Virus record (IMG/VR): IMGVR_UViG_3300027994_000010
Span: 1-39,411 of that record
Length of the DNA stretch: 39,411 bases
DNA from: a virus
Lineage: Duplodnaviria > Caudoviricetes
Reading direction: 5' to 3' (one strand)
Shown here: piece after piece, positions 36,309 to 39,411 of the stretch
Numbering within the stretch: position 1 is the stretch's first letter
Layout: the number at the start of each line of letters is the position of its first letter
Translations under genes and position numbers: made by a program
Notes under the pieces: generated by a model
The model's input: only the letters and a program-made list of their open reading frames with translations
Databases searched by the model: none
What the model was told of the DNA's origin: nothing

Positions 36309-36797
36309 TTATTTATAGCTCACCAAAACGAGCGGATTTTTAAATGTTTTTTCTTCGGCGGCTTGCCATTGACTAAGCAATACTTTTACCATAGGCTCAA
36401 TTTCGTCGTCTCCTTCCAGTATTTCCGGCTCATTGTAAGGATTCGCCCTTGTAACTCCGTAGCTGTCAAGTAGGGATTGGAAGGAGTCGGAAGCGGTGTT
36501 TAATGAATATAAACTTTTGCCTTTAGGACTGTTTAAATAATCCTTCCAAGAAATCTTAGTCCAATGATAAAAGGCGCACACCCTCCCTTTCTGTTCTTCA
36601 CTCAAAGAATCTAGGAAACCGAAGATTTGCCAGGTGCCTTTATCAATGCTTCTCAAAAAATACGAATCGAAAGCGCGACCGTCTTTAAAATACATTAATC
36701 TGTTTTCGGATGTAAACAACTGTGGATTTTCGGCTCTTTCAGGAAGCGCAGCCAACATTATAGTTGCCTTTGATGTTTCAATTTGTAGTGTTTTCAT
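36309..36797 (-). CDS. Hypothetical protein
   Basis: 162-aa ATGA-coupled ORF. Confidence 0.6.
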   Translation of the reverse strand: MKTLQIETSKATIMLAALPERAENPQLFTSENRLMYFKDGRAFDSYFLRSIDKGTWQIFGFLDSLSEEQKGRVCAFYHWTKISWKDYLNSPKGKSLYSLNTASDSFQSLLDSYGVTRANPYNEPEILEGDDEIEPMVKVLLSQWQAAEEKTFKNPLVLVSYK

Positions 36798-36997
36798 TTT
36801 TGTTGTGGATTGAAATAAATCTGTATTCTCATAAGCATTGTATTCATCGGAACTTGATATTTATTTGCCAACTCCTTTAATCTATTTTCATCAGCTAAAT
36901 CAAAACCACTTGCCATATCTTCTTTTAGAAACCTTTGAGGAATCAAAAGCATGCATGCGAAATAACTGGCTTCTTTTTCAAACTGTAGATTTTTCAT
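36794..36997 (-). CDS. Stand-alone C-terminal part of an ImmA/IrrE-like (DUF955) protein
   Basis: EKEASYFACMLLIP...LANKYQV...MRI; no HExxH. Confidence 0.65.
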   Translation of the reverse strand: MKNLQFEKEASYFACMLLIPQRFLKEDMASGFDLADENRLKELANKYQVPMNTMLMRIQIYFNPQQK

Positions 36998-37027
36998 TTG
37001 CCTTTGATGTTTGTAGGGTTAGGGTTT

Positions 37028-37240
37028 TCAAGGTGTAGTGGTTTTAATTGTTAAAATAAAAAATTCGTCTTGCATGTCGCATCCATCATAAAGACAATAT
37101 AATCCTTGTCCTCCCGCGTCAAATTCAACCACAACATTGTGTCCGTCACTTGAATCTGTTATAGTGCCAACAGAACCTTCATAATCAACAACTCTTAAAT
37201 CAAATCTGCTAATTGGAAGTGTTACTCTTTCCATTCTCAT
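37028..37240 (-). CDS. Hypothetical protein (SH3-like beta motif)
   Basis: RVVDYEG.VGTI...HNVVVEFD.GG.GLYC. Confidence 0.55.
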   Translation of the reverse strand: MRMERVTLPISRFDLRVVDYEGSVGTITDSSDGHNVVVEFDAGGQGLYCLYDGCDMQDEFFILTIKTTTP

Positions 37241-37304
37241 TTATCTTTTACCGCCGTTAAGCGTGGGTTAAATTACCCCGAGTATTTCATCGGGGGTTGG
37301 GTTA

Positions 37305-37553
37305 TTAAACTACTATCCCATTAACAGTTGTAAGCCAGTTATCATCGTTCTGGTATTCGGGCGCTGATTCTTTAGATACTTGTTTCCATGTTCCGTCTTT
37401 CCAAACTACTATTACCGTTTTTTCGGCCTCGTCTGATTTCTTTTGGTAGCCGTCATAAAAACCGTAATTATAATCTTTCTGGTTTTCGTAAGTTTTTGAT
37501 TTTTCAATCATAAATTCTCTAGTGGCATCTGGCCATTTATTTGTATTTTCCAT
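37305..37553 (-). CDS. Hypothetical protein (start corrected)
   Basis: ATG 37553 (MENTNKW); the track's upstream extension crosses a structured intergenic element. Confidence 0.55.
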   Translation of the reverse strand: MENTNKWPDATREFMIEKSKTYENQKDYNYGFYDGYQKKSDEAEKTVIVVWKDGTWKQVSKESAPEYQNDDNWLTTVNGIVV

Positions 37554-37592
37554 AATATAAATTAGACTTATCCTATACAGTCGAGGTTTTAA

Positions 37593-37681
37593 AATAACGG
37601 GCTTTTTGTCCTCCACGGTCGGAATCCTCCTAGATATCGGCAAGTAACACTCTATTTCAAGATACCCTGTTGCCCGTTATT
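37593..37681 (-). ncRNA. Candidate structured RNA element
   Basis: Perfect 10-bp closing stem AATAACGGGC/GCCCGTTATT enclosing GC-richer sub-hairpins. Confidence 0.35.
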
Positions 37682-37777
37682 GTAATTACTTATAAGTTAA
37701 ATACGCTTCAATTTGCGACGCCAACATCTGTTATCGTTATGCCTTGTTTGCTCTGGTAAATGTTCTAGTCCCATAAT

Positions 37778-38060
37778 CTACTTTGTATTTGTTGGTTTAA
37801 GGGCTTCGGAGCAAATATCCCAAATGTGACCTATTAATTGTCCATCAGGATTTGTTACGCGTTTTATCCTCTCCAACGCTTCCTTCATTCGGGGTGTAGT
37901 CGTTGATTTTGGATTGCATCAATTCCACGAACTTTTCTTCTGTGATAGCCATGACAACATCACCCTCAATTCATAATCCTGTAACATCATCAAATTTCCA
38001 AGTGTCGGCATAGCAATCGAAATTGTCTTTAAAAAGTTGTTGTAGTTCTTTCGTTTCCAT
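37778..38060 (-). pseudogene. Interrupted hypothetical gene (in-frame TGA and probable 1-nt frameshift)
   Basis: METKELQQLFKDNFDCYADTWKFDDVTGL*IEGDVVMAITEEKFVEL...; shifting at CCCC (37894-37891) joins RMKEALERI... Confidence 0.4.
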
Positions 38061-38114
38061 TTGTTTTATTTTTTAGTTCCGTTGGCAGGATTCGCCACAA
38101 CGGATTTTGTTTTG

Positions 38115-38405
38115 TTACTTAAGGGGTTGGTTAAGAGATTCGTCAATTTCCTTGAAAATTTCGGACACATTCCTAAGGTAATCATTTGACTTGATTCCGA
38201 TTTTCTTTACGGATGATTCAAAAACATCCTTATCCCTAGCTATAGTAATTAATTGCAGAGTCATTTCATCGTGAAGTCTTATGAACTCTCCGATGTTTTC
38301 CAGTCTTTTTGCATCCGAAGATGATTCGCCAATTCCTCTGATTGGCCCGATTAATTTTGAAACTATTTCATGTATTTCCATATCTCTATTCAAGTTTATC
38401 TCCAA
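38115..38405 (-). CDS. Hypothetical protein
   Basis: EIVSKLIGPI...GE...D.KR.EN motif; start uncertain. Confidence 0.6.
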   Translation of the reverse strand: MEINLNRDMEIHEIVSKLIGPIRGIGESSSDAKRLENIGEFIRLHDEMTLQLITIARDKDVFESSVKKIGIKSNDYLRNVSEIFKEIDESLNQPLK

Positions 38406-38420
38406 TTAATTAAGGAGGTT

Positions 38421-38442
38421 AAAAAATGCCGACTGTAACGGC
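38421..38442 (-). terminator. Terminator-like hairpin
   Basis: GCCG-TTACAGT-CGGC followed by ATTTTTT. Confidence 0.4.
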
Positions 38443-38470
38443 TCAGGCGAGTTTGATTTTCACATTGCAA

Positions 38471-38746
38471 TTAAGCCTCTATATTTGAGGCGGAATCAAC
38501 TTTTTCTTTTAACACTTCAAGCATTGTTGAGAAGTTATTGGCGTATGATATTAGGTTCACAAACGCTGTGGTACTTTTTAATTGCTTAATTTTTGATATT
38601 GTACTTGCGTAATCAATGGCTGGAATTTTGTCGCCAATGTTTAATTTTTCGGGGCGTTTCCCCGTAACAGCGTTAAGTATTTCTTTTACTTCTTCCTGCG
38701 TTGCTTCGATTAAAACGCCTTCATTTGTTGTTGCAATAATTTTCAT
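38471..38746 (-). CDS. Hypothetical protein flanked by 16-bp direct repeats
   Basis: 91-aa ORF; TTAATTAAGGAGGTTA at 38406 and 38770. Confidence 0.6.
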   Translation of the reverse strand: MKIIATTNEGVLIEATQEEVKEILNAVTGKRPEKLNIGDKIPAIDYASTISKIKQLKSTTAFVNLISYANNFSTMLEVLKEKVDSASNIEA

Positions 38747-38782
38747 AATGTTATATTTAAAATTGTTAGTTAATTAAGGAGG

Positions 38783-39133
38783 TTATTTAGATATTAGTTC
38801 AATTAATTTTTCAAGGCATGCTTTATAAGCAGCATGGTAGTTTTCATAAGTCCCACCAACTTCATGATACATTCTTCCCGGATGCTGTATTAACACGCAA
38901 CGCAAATCACAACTAGCGACCGATTCAACTAAATAGAATAGACCATGATTTATAGAAAACCAGTCAAATGCCTGCTGCCAAAGCGGGGCATCTAATATTA
39001 TGTCAGAATCAGGATGCCACATCCAATTTGAATTCTTATCCCAACCTCCGAAAAAAGTTTGTTCATTGTTTTCGAAATATCCCAATGAGTCTAATTTTAC
39101 CGCTAATTCATACGGCACGAATTCTTTCTCCAT
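38783..39133 (-). CDS. Hypothetical protein of a Bacteroidota phage family
   Basis: MEKEFVPYELAVKL..LG...APLWQQAFDWF...ACLEKLIE motif. Confidence 0.7.
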   Translation of the reverse strand: MEKEFVPYELAVKLDSLGYFENNEQTFFGGWDKNSNWMWHPDSDIILDAPLWQQAFDWFSINHGLFYLVESVASCDLRCVLIQHPGRMYHEVGGTYENYHAAYKACLEKLIELISK

Positions 39134-39137
39134 CTCT

Positions 39138-39404
39138 CTACTGTTTATTTATATCACTCGCTGCATCCATTGCGGAGTTGGTTATCCGTTTGCATTCTGC
39201 GGAGGTGGACATCTCCAGCAACACGTCCGATAGTTTTAACCCAACGGTTTCACAGAGTTTTATTGCCTCGCTAAATCCCATATTTGCGCCATTTTCCCAT
39301 TTTGAAATCTGACCTCTTAATATTCCGTGTTTCATATAAAGACCGTTTCCATTAAGCCCCGTCTTCAACTTTATGATTGATATTAATCTTTGAGTATGTG
39401 TCAT
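39138..39404 (-). CDS. XRE/Cro-like HTH transcriptional regulator
   Basis: GILRGQISKWENG...AIKLCETVGLKL. Confidence 0.7.
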   Translation of the reverse strand: MTHTQRLISIIKLKTGLNGNGLYMKHGILRGQISKWENGANMGFSEAIKLCETVGLKLSDVLLEMSTSAECKRITNSAMDAASDINKQ

Positions 39405-39411
39405 GTTGTAG

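Noticed and set aside
37014-37026. Telomere-like TAGGGTTAGGGTT
   Set aside because: Only two units; explained by the relic coding sequence (ACC CTA x2, Thr-Leu).
33832-38060. Genome-wide stop-codon reassignment suggested by two in-frame stops
   Set aside because: The two stops differ (TAA, TGA), core genes are uninterrupted, and TGA/TAG end many genes in coupled overlaps.
38078-38104. Hairpin with GAATCC resembling a tRNA T-arm
   Set aside because: No cloverleaf, anticodon arm or CCA; probably a simple intergenic hairpin.
449-39312. Numerous + strand and alternative-frame ORFs in the track (e.g. 29783..30547, 29002..29463, 15797..16255, 4944..5402)
   Set aside because: They are shadows of well-supported - strand genes with no motifs of their own. 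Only 7838..8364 has its own promoter and protein signals.
1-39411. Lysogeny module, att sites or genome termini
   Set aside because: No integrase, clear CI repressor or host flank is visible, so lifestyle cannot be determined from this window.

Overview
This window is a large part of a long-tailed (siphovirus-like) phage or prophage genome, almost all encoded on the - strand. The host is probably a Bacteroidota/Flavobacteriaceae member, inferred from TTG-N19-20-TAnnTTTG promoters, A-rich non-Shine-Dalgarno starts, and DUF3127-like and DUF6371/DUF3987-like replication genes. In transcription order (right to left) it has: a mosaic early region of small genes; a Sak4-like ATPase/SSB/HNH recombination module; a primase-like/DUF3987 replication pair followed by an iteron-bearing origin; a resolvase-like nuclease and a DNA methyltransferase; terS/terL; neck, tail-tip and tape-measure genes; a glycosyltransferase-FkbM-glycosyltransferase cassette; an antisense lipoprotein moron; ClpP-like protease, major capsid, tail tube, portal, adaptor and a second tube paralog; and fibre genes running off the left edge. 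No integrase, endolysin, CRISPR, tRNA or rRNA was seen. The most notable signal is three unrelated-sequence 5' leaders with one shared architecture: promoter, small hairpin, then a terminator-like hairpin whose loop is perfectly complementary over 8 nt to the first loop. Each sits ahead of a functional module. Also notable are a probable virion-glycosylation cassette, a signal-peptide-bearing fibre/SGNH esterase, and direct-repeat scars of gene insertion. All family assignments come from motif recognition and synteny, not database searches.
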